A DNA stretch of 64,000 bases. Origin: Spirochaetia bacterium. GTDB lineage: Bacteria; Spirochaetota; Spirochaetia; SZUA-6; Bin103. Below the pieces are notes generated by a model, which was not told the origin of the DNA, made no database searches, and worked only from the letters and a program-made list of their open reading frames with translations. Of this stretch, positions 9,588-19,328 are shown one piece after another. Every line of letters starts with the position of its first letter. Position 1 is the stretch's first letter. Made by a program: the position numbers and the translations under genes. The stretch lies in assembly GCA_965203055.1 (NCBI GenBank), contig OZ241863.1:3104001-3168000 (forward strand). Reading direction: 5' to 3'.

Positions 9588-10670
9588 ATGGCACCCGTAC
9601 GCGAGACGCGCTCCAGGTACGATGAGCAGTACAAGCGGCTGTTCGCCTTCCCGCCCATGGTCGAGGACTTGGTACGCGCCTTCGTCAGTCAACTCGACGC
9701 CGCCGACTTCTCGACGCTGCAGAAGCTGTCGTCAGATTACGTCAGCGACGAACTGCTCAAACGCCACGGCGACACCGTTTGGCGGCTGCGCCTGCCCGGC
9801 GGTTGGGCATACCTGCTGCTGCTCCTGGAGTTCCAGTCGCGCGACGAGTACTACATGGCGCTGCGCATCCTGATCTACACCGGCATGCTGTACCAGGAAC
9901 TGGTGCGCAACGCGGCGCCGGAGCAACGCCAACCACTGCCGGCGGTGCTGCCCATCGTACTCTACAACGGCACGCCGCGGTGGCGGGCGCCGCAGCAGAT
10001 CGGCGAACTGATCGCGCCGGTCGAGGCGGGGCTGGCGCCGTACCAACCAGCGCAGCGTTACTTGGTGATCGAGGAGCAGCACGTAGCGGTGGACACTGTG
10101 CCGGGCGACAATCTGATGGGAACGGTGCTCGGGTTGGAACAGAGCCGCACGGAGGCGGACCTGATACGGGTCGCGAACGCGTTGCCGGAGCGGCTGGATG
10201 GGCCTGAGAACGTCGAGTTGCGCAGGGTGTTCATCGACTGGATAACGAGTTCGATGGAGCAGGTCAGGCCGGCCGGTGAGAAGCTGCCGGCGATGAACAG
10301 TGTGAAGGAGGTAAGAATGACGGTGCAAGAACGCTTGCGGGAGTGGCCCGCGCAGTGGATGCGGAAAGGTCGCGAACAGGGCCTCGAGCAAGGCCGCAAG
10401 CAGGGGCTTGAGCAGGGGCTTGAGCAGGGCCGCGAGCAGGGCCGCGAGCAGGGCCGTGAGCAAGGCCTTGAGCGGGGGCTTGAACACGAACGGGCGCTGC
10501 TCTGCCGGATGACGGCGTTGCGGTTCGGGGCAGAGACAAGCGAGCGTTTGGCGGCTCTGTTGGCCAACATCGCGGACCCGGATCAACTGGCCGATATCGG
10601 CGACCGGCTGGTGCAATGCCGCGCGGACGACGAATTTCTAGCGCAAGTAGCGCTGGTCACTCGGTCGTGA
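9588..10670 (+). CDS. Rpn/YhgA-like recombination-promoting nuclease (PD-(D/E)XK)
   Basis: YDEQYKRLF, GDTVWRL, LLEFQS, MALRILIY and VLPIVLYNG motifs; C-terminal G(R/L)EQ repeats. Confidence 0.9.
   Translation: MAPVRETRSRYDEQYKRLFAFPPMVEDLVRAFVSQLDAADFSTLQKLSSDYVSDELLKRHGDTVWRLRLPGGWAYLLLLLEFQSRDEYYMALRILIYTGMLYQELVRNAAPEQRQPLPAVLPIVLYNGTPRWRAPQQIGELIAPVEAGLAPYQPAQRYLVIEEQHVAVDTVPGDNLMGTVLGLEQSRTEADLIRVANALPERLDGPENVELRRVFIDWITSSMEQVRPAGEKLPAMNSVKEVRMTVQERLREWPAQWMRKGREQGLEQGRKQGLEQGLEQGREQGREQGREQGLERGLEHERALLCRMTALRFGAETSERLAALLANIADPDQLADIGDRLVQCRADDEFLAQVALVTRS
10368..10487 (+). repeat. Ten imperfect in-frame 12-bp tandem repeats encoding G(R/L)EQ
   Basis: Units such as ggccgcgagcag and gggcttgagcag are read directly in the sequence. 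Confidence 0.9.
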
Positions 10671-10798
10671 CGGCAGCGCAGCACGGGGATCCGAGTTCGG
10701 CTGCGGGCGGCCGTGTGGAGAATCGAGCCGGTTCCGCTGACGGTCACGCTGCAGCGCCGCGGCTCTCTCGTGGTCGCCGTGCCACAGCTAGCGCATAG

Positions 10799-12142
10799 CT
10801 ACCGGAACGCGTCGAGGCGGGCGCGCAGGCGCTGCAGGCGGGCGGCGTAGGCCGGGTCGTCGATCAGGTTGCGCGTCTCCCCGGGGTCGGCGGCCAAGTC
10901 GAAGAGTTGCTCCGGCCAGTCTCGGCCCCGGAAGCGGAAGTACTTCAGGTGGTCCTGCTTCACCATCTCGGAGGGGCCGTTGAGCTCGTGGTACAGCTCG
11001 CAGTAGACCTCGTTGGGCCAGCCTGCGGCGTCGCCCTCCATGAGCGGCACCAGCGAGCGACCGTCCAGACCTTCGGGTACCGGGATGCCGGCGATCTCGC
11101 ACAGGGTCGGAAACAGGTCGACCAGCGAGACGTTGTGGCCGACGGTTCGCGCGCCGCCGGTGAAGCGCCGCGGCGCGGTAATGCTGAACGGCACGCGCGC
11201 CGAGCCCTCGAAGAACTGCTGCTTCTCCCATAGCCCCTTCTGGCCGAGCATCTCGCCGTGGTCGCTCAGGAATACGATCACGAAGTCGTCGAGCACGTTC
11301 AGCTCGTCCAGCTTGGCGATCACCCGGCCGTACTGGCGGTCCACCCACTCGATCATGCCGTAGTAGGCGGCGGTGGCGCGGTGCGCCTCGCGCCAGGTCA
11401 CGTCGGTGCCCACCCGCACCTTGAAGAAGTCAGCGCAGTCGAACCGCTCCGGCAGCTCCTCGACGTAGGGTTCGACGCGCCGCAGGTAGTAGCTGAACAG
11501 CTCCTCCGGGCACTGATAGGGATAGTGCGGGCTGTTCAGGCTGACCGCGAGCAGCAGCGGGCCTTCGCCGGGGCGGTCGTAGGGCTCGCCGACGAAGTAC
11601 TCATCCAGGTACAGGAGCGCGCCCTCGACGGTGTAGAGATCTTGTTGCATGTGGTGGCCCTTGCCGGCCCGGGCGTTGGTGATCTCCTTTGCCGTCGGCC
11701 ACTTTCCCGTGCCGGGCACGTGCGGGCGGCCGGCGCGCAGGCGTGTTTCCCCGGTACGCGGCAGGCCCATGTTCACCGCGACGTCGCGCCCGATGCGCTC
11801 CCGCCAGCCATGCATCTGGTCGTACCCGAGAAAGTGCATCTTGCCGGCGCAGGTGGGGTTGTATCCGTAGTTGGCGAAGTGCGCGGGTATGGTGAGCACC
11901 TCGCTCGGCAGCGGCGTATCGAACCCGGTGCAGCCGTTGTGGCGCGGATAGAGGCCGGTGAGGAAGCTCTGCCGCGCCGGCACGCACACCGGCGCCGGCG
12001 TATACGCGGACCGGAAGTAGGTGCCCTGCCCGATGATCCGATCCAGGGTGGGCATGCGGATGTGTGGGTTGTCCTCGACCGCCATCACGTCGGGCCGATG
12101 CTCATCGTCGATGAGCAGTAGAACGTGCGGTTTCTCGCTCAT
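10799..12142 (-). CDS. Sulfatase (choline-sulfatase-like)
   Basis: CVPARQSFLTG (CxPxR), GKMH, SDHGEMLG and LFDLAADPGE motifs. Confidence 0.92.
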   Translation of the reverse strand: MSEKPHVLLLIDDEHRPDVMAVEDNPHIRMPTLDRIIGQGTYFRSAYTPAPVCVPARQSFLTGLYPRHNGCTGFDTPLPSEVLTIPAHFANYGYNPTCAGKMHFLGYDQMHGWRERIGRDVAVNMGLPRTGETRLRAGRPHVPGTGKWPTAKEITNARAGKGHHMQQDLYTVEGALLYLDEYFVGEPYDRPGEGPLLLAVSLNSPHYPYQCPEELFSYYLRRVEPYVEELPERFDCADFFKVRVGTDVTWREAHRATAAYYGMIEWVDRQYGRVIAKLDELNVLDDFVIVFLSDHGEMLGQKGLWEKQQFFEGSARVPFSITAPRRFTGGARTVGHNVSLVDLFPTLCEIAGIPVPEGLDGRSLVPLMEGDAAGWPNEVYCELYHELNGPSEMVKQDHLKYFRFRGRDWPEQLFDLAADPGETRNLIDDPAYAARLQRLRARLDAFR

Positions 12143-12153
12143 TGATCCCCAGT

Positions 12154-12636
12154 TCAGAACATGGTAGGACCTTCGGCGGTCTGCTCCGGAATTGCCTGCT
12201 GGACCTCCCAGTGTTCGACTACGCGACCGTCTTGCAGGCGATAGATCTCGATCAGCGCCAAGCCGACCAACTCATTGCCGCGCTCGCCGGTCGGATTGAT
12301 CTGGGCATGGACCCAGACCAGATCATCTTCTGCGGCCATGCGCTTGATCTCCCAGATGGCCTGCGGGAACTGGTCGAAATTGCCTTGAAACGTCTTCTTC
12401 AGCGTCGCCACTCCGCCGGCCAGCGATGGGCTGTGCTCGGTGTAATCCGGCGCATAGATGGCATCCAGTACCTCCAGGTCGCGGCCGTTGAGAGCCTCAT
12501 CGTATAGGCGCACGATGATGGCCTTGTTGGCGTCGGTGGCGGGCGATGCGGGCACCGGCAACGGATTCGCCAGGTGCAGGATGGCGAAGACGAGGGCTCC
12601 GACTACCGGTATCCATCGCCTCGGGTAGAGCTTCAT
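12154..12636 (-). CDS. SnoaL/NTF2-like protein with N-terminal signal or anchor
   Basis: ANKAIIVRLYDE, AEDDLVW and IYRLQDGRVVEHWE motifs. Confidence 0.85.
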   Translation of the reverse strand: MKLYPRRWIPVVGALVFAILHLANPLPVPASPATDANKAIIVRLYDEALNGRDLEVLDAIYAPDYTEHSPSLAGGVATLKKTFQGNFDQFPQAIWEIKRMAAEDDLVWVHAQINPTGERGNELVGLALIEIYRLQDGRVVEHWEVQQAIPEQTAEGPTMF

Positions 12637-12885
12637 CGAATCATCCTCCTCCAGTTCGGAACAGCATAGCCGATCCCCTCCTGATCGTCTATAGTCCAGG
12701 CGGACGATAGCAAATGAATGCCAAGGTGTGGATGTGAGGCAACAGCCTCGCTTTACGAATTCCGAAGGCGCTTGCCGCGGAGGCCAACGTCGTGGAAGGG
12801 ACTACACGAGGAGACAGGGACCGGGCCAGGCGTCGGACGCGAGACTTGGTAAGCGGCACCTTGGGTGCCCGAAGGAGGACTTCGT

Positions 12886-13620
12886 ATGGTTCCGAATCAG
12901 ATTTTGCAGCGGATGAGCCGCGGCGAGAAGGCGCTGGGATTGTCGCTCACCGAGCCGTCAGGGCTGCTGGTGGAGCTGGCCGGCCGCTGCGGGCTCGACT
13001 TCGTGAGCTTCGACGCTCAGCACACGCCGTTGACTCCGGCCGAGATCGGCGAGATGTGCCGCCTTGCCGACGCCTATGAAATGACGGTCTCCATGCGCAT
13101 TCCGGACGGCGCCGAGAGCACCATCCTCAGCTTTCTGGACCGCGGCGTGCGCGTGATCACGGTCCCCAACCTTCTCACCGCGGAGCAGGCTGAAGAACTG
13201 GTCAAGTACAGCTTCTTCGCTCCCCTCGGGCTGCGCAGCGCCACCAGCATCGCCACCATGCATGGCCAGGTGGACGGCGATCACGTGCGCCTGTTCCGGG
13301 AGGTCAACGCCAATACGGTGATCGTGCCGCAACTGGAGAGCATCGTCGCCCTGGAGAACCTCGATGAGATTCTCGCGGTAGCCGGCATCGATTTCTTCGG
13401 CGCCGGGGCCGAGGACATGGCGCAGAGTCTGGGCCTGCCCGGCCAGCCCCAACATCCGCGCGTGGCGGAGACCTACGCCAGGATCAGGGAGAAGCTGCAT
13501 GCGGCCGGCAAGCGGATGCTCTCCGAAGTGAGCGCCGGCATCTCCGCGTTTGATCTCACCAAGGAGGCAATCGCCGAGCTGTTGCGCGAGCATGGCCGGC
13601 GCACCCGGCTCGGCTGGTAA
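12886..13620 (+). CDS. HpcH/HpaI aldolase family protein
   Basis: FVSFDAQH, FAPLGLRS, PQLES.ALENLDEI and GAEDMAQSLG motifs; AAGGAGG RBS before ATG 12886. Confidence 0.9.
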   Translation: MVPNQILQRMSRGEKALGLSLTEPSGLLVELAGRCGLDFVSFDAQHTPLTPAEIGEMCRLADAYEMTVSMRIPDGAESTILSFLDRGVRVITVPNLLTAEQAEELVKYSFFAPLGLRSATSIATMHGQVDGDHVRLFREVNANTVIVPQLESIVALENLDEILAVAGIDFFGAGAEDMAQSLGLPGQPQHPRVAETYARIREKLHAAGKRMLSEVSAGISAFDLTKEAIAELLREHGRRTRLGW

Positions 13621-13670
13621 AGCGCGCGTCAGCGCCTCGGCCAGTGGCGCGAGCGCTTGGCGCAGCTAGC

Positions 13671-15227
13671 CTAGCGCCGGCGCCACCAGACGATGGCCGC
13701 GGCCACCACCAGGAGCAGGGGCAGCAGCCCGACGCTGGACAGGTTGAGGAACCGCGCCTCCTCCGGACTCAGCACCAGGCGCCGCACCGGCAGCACCTTG
13801 CGGTCGACCGAGAAGATCTCCTCGCCGGCGCCCAGCCAGTTGACCATGGTCAGGAACAGGGCGCTGTTGTTGCCGTTGCGGAAGTGCTGGTTGGTGGCGA
13901 AGTCGGAATCGCCGACCAGCACCAGCCGGCTGGTATCCGAGCGCACCGGGACTTCCGCATCGGGAGCCGCGGGGCGCTGCACCGCCACCGCCAGCGCCAG
14001 CGGCCCCCGGGCGTCGGCGTCAGGGTCGAACTCCGGGGCCGCGGCCCCCAGGCGGGAACGCTCCACCCAGCTCCCCCTGCTGGTCCAGGCCAGCGGCTCC
14101 AGCTTTGCCTCTTCAGGCACCTCGGTGGCCGGCGAGATCGCCGCCGCGCCGGGGAAATATGCCTCGCGCAGCCCGTATGCGTTGCGCGCGCGGTCGACCA
14201 GCGGGACGTCGACGTTGGGCGCGACGTGGGCCGGCGGGTCCACCAGGATGCCCTCCTCGATGGTCAACCACCAGTCGCCGGCGAAGTCCCGGAACTCCTG
14301 CTGCGGGTTCGGGTTGAGGAGCAGCGCCAGGCGCCCGCCGGCGCGCAGGTAGCGGCCGAGCAGCTCAATTTCGTCCGGCGCGTAGGGTGCCTGGGGACCG
14401 GCGACGATGACGACGTTGGCGTTGGGCGGAATGTCGTCGACCTGGTCGAGATTCAGCTCGCCGATCTGAAACAGGTTGTCGCGCAGGCCGCGGCGGGCGC
14501 TCTCGTATTCGCCGAGGATGCTGCCCTCGCCGTGGCCGGTCAGGAAGTAGATCACGCGCTGGCGGGTGCCGGTCACCTGCAGCAGGGCGCTGGTGAAGGC
14601 GCTCTCCGCCTCCCCCTGAATCTGCGGCCCGTAGACGTTCATCTGGCCGAATTCGCCGCGAAAGACGACCGTGCCCACCGCGGCGCCGAACGGGTTCACC
14701 CCGTACTGGCGCGCCAGGTCGGGGCGCAGCTCGGGATCCTCGCGCCGGATCCGCAGCCGGTCGGAATAGGTCTCATACTCCTTCAGCAGCTCGAACCCGA
14801 AGGAGTTGACGGCGGCGATTTCCGCGCTGTTCTCCATGTTCGGATTCGGCTCCGCGAAGAAGCTCACCACCTCGACTTCGCTGTCGAGCTCGGCGAGGAC
14901 CTCCTTGGTCTGGGTCGTGAGGGTGAACTGCTGCAGCCCGGTAAAGTCGAAGCGGTGGAACAGGGTGGAGCTCACGAGATTCGCCAGCACCACGGTGCCG
15001 ATGGCCAGCGAGAGGCTGACCGAGGCGCCGATTCCGATTACCCCGCGCCGGCTGGCCAGCGCGCCGCGCACCCGCCGCAGGTCCCATAGCGCGGCGGCGG
15101 CGACGAAGCCGGCGCCGACCGCGACGATGGCCCAGACCGCGATGCCGCTGCCGGGCAGGACGAAGTTCAATACCCAGGCGGCGAACAGCAGGCCGACGCC
15201 GATGAGCGCCAGGAGTCCGGTCCGCAT
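13671..15227 (-). CDS. GldG-like ABC-associated auxiliary protein
   Basis: RFDFTG.QQFTLT.QTKEVL, YFLTGHGE, LVLVGDSDF and VNWL motifs; C-terminal TM ending WWRRR; TGATG coupling to the permease. Confidence 0.85.
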   Translation of the reverse strand: MRTGLLALIGVGLLFAAWVLNFVLPGSGIAVWAIVAVGAGFVAAAALWDLRRVRGALASRRGVIGIGASVSLSLAIGTVVLANLVSSTLFHRFDFTGLQQFTLTTQTKEVLAELDSEVEVVSFFAEPNPNMENSAEIAAVNSFGFELLKEYETYSDRLRIRREDPELRPDLARQYGVNPFGAAVGTVVFRGEFGQMNVYGPQIQGEAESAFTSALLQVTGTRQRVIYFLTGHGEGSILGEYESARRGLRDNLFQIGELNLDQVDDIPPNANVVIVAGPQAPYAPDEIELLGRYLRAGGRLALLLNPNPQQEFRDFAGDWWLTIEEGILVDPPAHVAPNVDVPLVDRARNAYGLREAYFPGAAAISPATEVPEEAKLEPLAWTSRGSWVERSRLGAAAPEFDPDADARGPLALAVAVQRPAAPDAEVPVRSDTSRLVLVGDSDFATNQHFRNGNNSALFLTMVNWLGAGEEIFSVDRKVLPVRRLVLSPEEARFLNLSSVGLLPLLLVVAAAIVWWRRR

Positions 15228-15955
15228 CAGCGCCACCTGCCGGTTTCGATCGAGCGCACCGCCATGAACAGGAACAGCAGCGTCAAGCTCAGGTAGTAGA
15301 CGATCGCCTGCGTGTCGATGACGCCGCGCACGAAGTCGGGGAAGTAGCCGGCGAAGGCGAGGCGGCGCAGCACCTCCGCGGCCGCGCCGGACATCAGGTC
15401 GGCGACCAGCCCCACGGCCCAGAGGCCGAACAGGATGCCGGCGGAGACGACCACCGACACGATCTGGTTCGAGGTGACCGACGACACGAAGATGCCGACC
15501 GCCAGCGCGGCGCTGCCCATCAGCGCCAGCCCGACGTAGGCGGTCGCGATCGGCCCGAGGTCGGGATCGCCGAAGATGATCAGCAGCAGCGGATAGTAGA
15601 GCGTCAGCACCAGCATGCCGCCGAGAATCGCCAGGCTGCCCAGGAACTTGCCGGCGACGATCTCGCTGTCGCGGACCGGCGCGGTAAGCAGGAACTCCCA
15701 GGTCCCCAGCTTCTTCTCCTCGGCCACCAGCCGCATGGTGATGAAGGCGGCGAACAGCAGGATGAGGAACTGCGCGGCGTTGAGGAAGCCGCCGATGCTG
15801 GTGTCGGCGTAGTTCTGCGCGGCCAGCACGCTGGCGAAGAAGAAGCCCGACAGCCCCAGGAACACCGCGGTAACGATATAGGCGATCGGGGAGGTCAGGT
15901 AGGAGGAAAGCTCCTTGCGGGAGATGACGCCGACGTTGCGCAGGAAGAGTCTCAT
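15227..15955 (-). CDS. ABC-2 type permease (GldF-like)
   Basis: KELSSYLTSPIAY, TMRLVAEEKKLGTWEFLLTAP and GKFL motifs. Confidence 0.9.
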   Translation of the reverse strand: MRLFLRNVGVISRKELSSYLTSPIAYIVTAVFLGLSGFFFASVLAAQNYADTSIGGFLNAAQFLILLFAAFITMRLVAEEKKLGTWEFLLTAPVRDSEIVAGKFLGSLAILGGMLVLTLYYPLLLIIFGDPDLGPIATAYVGLALMGSAALAVGIFVSSVTSNQIVSVVVSAGILFGLWAVGLVADLMSGAAAEVLRRLAFAGYFPDFVRGVIDTQAIVYYLSLTLLFLFMAVRSIETGRWR

Positions 15956-16902
15956 TCCGTTGCTGTCTCGCCGGCCTCGTCCGCGCCGGCCTCGCCGGTG
16001 AGCTCCAGGAAGATGTCCTCCAGAGTGAGCGCGGCGTTCTCCATGGCCAAGAGGCCCCAGCCCCGCCGCACCAGGGCGGCCGAGATCTGCGCCTGCGGCT
16101 GCTTCCCGGCCTCCAGCCGCGCCAGGTGGAACGGCTCCTGATACTTCACCTCCAGCACGCCTTCCACGCTGCCGAGCGCCGCGCTGACCTGCGCCGCCGG
16201 ACCGTCCACTCGCAGCCGCAGCCGCTCGCCGCCGGTGACCGTGGATGACAGGTGCTCGATGCTGTCCTGCGCCACGATCCTGCCCTGATGGATGATGAGT
16301 ACCCGCTGGCACACCATGCTCACCTCGGGAAGGATGTGGCTGGACAGCAGGATGGTGCGGTTTTCGCCGAGTTGCTTGATCAGCGCCCGCGTGTGGGCCA
16401 CCTGAATCGGATCGATGCCGATCGTCGGCTCATCCAGGATCAGGACGCCGGGGTCGTGGATGATCGATTGGGCGAGTCCCACCCGCTGCCGGAAGCCCTT
16501 CGAGAGCTTGGCCAGGATCACGTCCCGGTACTCCTGCAGGGCGCAGGTCTCGATCACCTCGTCCACGCGCCGGGCGGCCGCCCTCTTGTCGAGCCCGCGC
16601 AGCCGGCCCGCGAACCGCAGATAGCCGCGCGTGGTCATGTCGTAGTAGAGGGGGACGATCTCCGGCAGGTAGCCGAGGTGGCGGCGGCCGGCCAGCGAAT
16701 CCCGCGTCATGTCGTGCCCGGCGACGAACACCTCGCCGCGGGTGGGCATCAGGAACCCGGTCACCATCCTCATGGTGGTGGACTTGCCGGCGCCGTTGGG
16801 GCCGAGGAACCCGACGATCTCCCCCTGCTCGACGTTGAAGGAGATGGCGTCCACGGCGAGCCGTTCCCCGTAGTACTTGGTGAGATTCTCTACTCGTATC
16901 AT
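15952..16902 (-). CDS. ABC transporter ATP-binding protein (GldA-like)
   Basis: GPNGAGKST, LSKGFRQRVG, ILDEPT and SSH motifs. Confidence 0.92.
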   Translation of the reverse strand: MIRVENLTKYYGERLAVDAISFNVEQGEIVGFLGPNGAGKSTTMRMVTGFLMPTRGEVFVAGHDMTRDSLAGRRHLGYLPEIVPLYYDMTTRGYLRFAGRLRGLDKRAAARRVDEVIETCALQEYRDVILAKLSKGFRQRVGLAQSIIHDPGVLILDEPTIGIDPIQVAHTRALIKQLGENRTILLSSHILPEVSMVCQRVLIIHQGRIVAQDSIEHLSSTVTGGERLRLRVDGPAAQVSAALGSVEGVLEVKYQEPFHLARLEAGKQPQAQISAALVRRGWGLLAMENAALTLEDIFLELTGEAGADEAGETATE

Positions 16903-16980
16903 ATTTCCGTTTGCCGGCGGCGCGAATATAGCAAGAAAGGGCAGCGCTGCGTACCGGCGCGGCGGCTCCGGCGGCTCAGC

Positions 16981-17538
16981 TCACTGCGGGAGGTAGGGCG
17001 GCTCGGTGACGAGGCGCTCCATGATCTCGTACCAACTGCGGTCCACCGTGTAGACCCTGGTGGAGCCGACCAGGTGGAGGTAGAAGCTGAAGGTGTCGGG
17101 GGTCTCGTTGCCGATCACCAGGTCCACCGTGCCCGGGCCGCCGTCGCCGTGCTCGCCGCCGTGCTCCAGGTGTATCGTCATGCGCGGCGCCCGCAGCCCG
17201 AAGATCTCCAGCTCCTCCGGGCGGGCCGCGCCGGTGATGAGCCGATTCGCCCCCGGCCCGCTCAACAGGTAGGGCACGCCGCCCCCCCAGCGATCCAGGT
17301 CCACCCGCGGCCTTCCCGGTCGATCGAAGTACCATACGTGGTCGAGCCGGAACCACGCCTCCGCCAGCTCCTCGCGCGGGAGCGCGATTTCCACCCGCTG
17401 CAGGTCGCGCAGGTCGAACGACCACATGATCGGCCGCTCCGCCTCACGCTCCGTCTCCTCCGGCCCGCCGATGAGCAACCAGACCGCCGCCAGAGCGGCG
17501 GCCGCCGCGCCGAGGAGCGCCGCCAGCCGCAGCTTCAT
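16981..17538 (-). CDS. Membrane-anchored protein, DUF4340-like
   Basis: N-terminal TM, LEIFGLRAP and IGNETPD...Y motifs; adjacent to the Gld-like ABC genes. Start could be 17556. Confidence 0.65.
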   Translation of the reverse strand: MKLRLAALLGAAAAALAAVWLLIGGPEETEREAERPIMWSFDLRDLQRVEIALPREELAEAWFRLDHVWYFDRPGRPRVDLDRWGGGVPYLLSGPGANRLITGAARPEELEIFGLRAPRMTIHLEHGGEHGDGGPGTVDLVIGNETPDTFSFYLHLVGSTRVYTVDRSWYEIMERLVTEPPYLPQ

Positions 17539-17552
17539 GTCCCGAGCGGCTT

Positions 17553-19328
17553 TCAACTGCGTTCATACCAGGCGGCCTGCGCCGAGAACATCTTCTGATA
17601 GAGTCCGCCGGCGGCGATCAATTCGTCATGGGTCCCCTCTTCCACGATGCGCCCGTGCTCCATTACCAGGATGCGGTCGGCGAAGCGCGCCGACCCGAGG
17701 CGGTGGGTAACGATGATCGCCGTGCGGCCGGCGCACACCTCGATGAATCTCTGATACAGCGCGGACTCTTCGAGCGGATCGATCGACGCGGTCGGTTCAT
17801 CCAGCACGATGGTGTCGTGGCTGCGGAACAGCCCGCGCGCGATCGCCAGCCGCTGCCACTCGCCCAGCGACAGGTCGCGCTCTCCGAACTCGCGCGACAG
17901 CATGAGGTCGAGCCCGTCATCCGAGCGCCACAGCTCGCGCGGCACGCCGCCCTCGGCCAGGGCCTGACGCAACGCCGCGGCATTCTCCGCGGAGGTGACG
18001 TCAGCCAGTATCACGTTCTCGCGCAGGGTCATCTGATAGCGCTGGAAGTTCTGGAATACCGCGGAGGTCCGCTCCCGCACGCCGTTCCTGGTCGCCTCCC
18101 GGGTATCGACGTTTCCTCTGATCACCTTGCCGCGGGTCGGGACGTACAACCCCAACAGGAGCTTGGCAAGGGTCGTCTTGCCGGCCCCGTTGGCGCCTAC
18201 CAACGCCAGCGTGGTACCGCGCGGGATCGAAAGGTCGATGTCCGTTACGCTGGCCGCGTCGGCGCCCGGATAGGCGAACGTCACGCCGCGCGCCGTGATC
18301 GCCCCCGAAATCGCGTCTCCGGCGCCGCGCCCCACCGGCCGCCCCTCGCCGCGCAGCAGAAACTCGATGAGATGAGCGGCGCGCGCACTATCCCGGTAGG
18401 ACCTCCCGATCAGATCCATGACCGATTGCGACCCCAGCATAAGTCTGGTCAAAGCGTAGACGACGGCGGCGAATTCTCCGACGCCAATGCTGCCGCCGGC
18501 CAACAACAGCGCCACCAGGACGAAGGAACCGCCGTAACCAAGCAGCACCAGCACGCTGAGTCCGAGATCGATGCCCCCCAGACGGAGCGCCTCACGCCAG
18601 TGCTTGGCGTTGAACAGTTGAATCCCGCTTCGATACCGCTGCAGCAGATGCTCCAGAATCCCCAAGGTACGGGTTTCCTTGAAGTACTCGCGATCCACCA
18701 TGCACCGTTCCAGGTAGCGAAACTCGCGCAGCGTGGGGATGGTCTTCGTTTCCAGCCGGTAATACCGGCTGCCCTGGATCACGTAGCTTGCGACGCGGGG
18801 CAGAAAGATCAATGGGACGATGACCGCAAGGAGCGGGGAAATCGTGTAGACGTACCCGGCTACCACGGCAGATGAGAGGAAACCGATAACCGGGTACATA
18901 AAATAGACCAGCATCGAAAGCGCGCCGGCGATTCCGGCTCGCGCCAACTCCAGGCGCTCGTTGGCATCGAGCGTCTCGAAGTCGATGAGCTCCAGACGCG
19001 CCGCCTTCTCGTTCATCAATTCAGCCGCGGAGCCTTCGACCTTGCCTTGAAAATAGATGCCGATGAGGTCGGCGAAACAGGCGAGTAGATCACGGGCCAA
19101 TATGACGGCGCCCAGGATCACGACAGCGCCCAACGCAGCCTCAATGAGCCCGGAGTTCGAGAGGATGGAAAGGGCGATCCGCAACTGATGAAACACGAGC
19201 AATTCCACTGCGGGTCGAAGAAGATTGATCAGCACGAAAGCGGTCAGAGCGAACGGTGTCCGGCGGGCGGCCATGCTCATCACCCTGCCGAGCGTGCGCA
19301 GATATGACAGTTTGCTAGGATAATCCAT
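17553..19328 (-). CDS. ABC exporter, fused permease-ATPase
   Basis: TM domain followed by GANGAGKTT, LSLGEWQR and LDEPTASIDP. Confidence 0.92.
   Translation of the reverse strand: MDYPSKLSYLRTLGRVMSMAARRTPFALTAFVLINLLRPAVELLVFHQLRIALSILSNSGLIEAALGAVVILGAVILARDLLACFADLIGIYFQGKVEGSAAELMNEKAARLELIDFETLDANERLELARAGIAGALSMLVYFMYPVIGFLSSAVVAGYVYTISPLLAVIVPLIFLPRVASYVIQGSRYYRLETKTIPTLREFRYLERCMVDREYFKETRTLGILEHLLQRYRSGIQLFNAKHWREALRLGGIDLGLSVLVLLGYGGSFVLVALLLAGGSIGVGEFAAVVYALTRLMLGSQSVMDLIGRSYRDSARAAHLIEFLLRGEGRPVGRGAGDAISGAITARGVTFAYPGADAASVTDIDLSIPRGTTLALVGANGAGKTTLAKLLLGLYVPTRGKVIRGNVDTREATRNGVRERTSAVFQNFQRYQMTLRENVILADVTSAENAAALRQALAEGGVPRELWRSDDGLDLMLSREFGERDLSLGEWQRLAIARGLFRSHDTIVLDEPTASIDPLEESALYQRFIEVCAGRTAIIVTHRLGSARFADRILVMEHGRIVEEGTHDELIAAGGLYQKMFSAQAAWYERS

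Noticed and set aside
9203..9658. N-terminal extension of the BtuC-like permease in the ORF track
   Set aside because: It runs through the riboswitch and into the divergent rpn gene; the real start is near 9202.
9588..10670. IS element
   Set aside because: No terminal inverted repeats or target duplication were seen, and Rpn/YhgA proteins are not demonstrated transposases.
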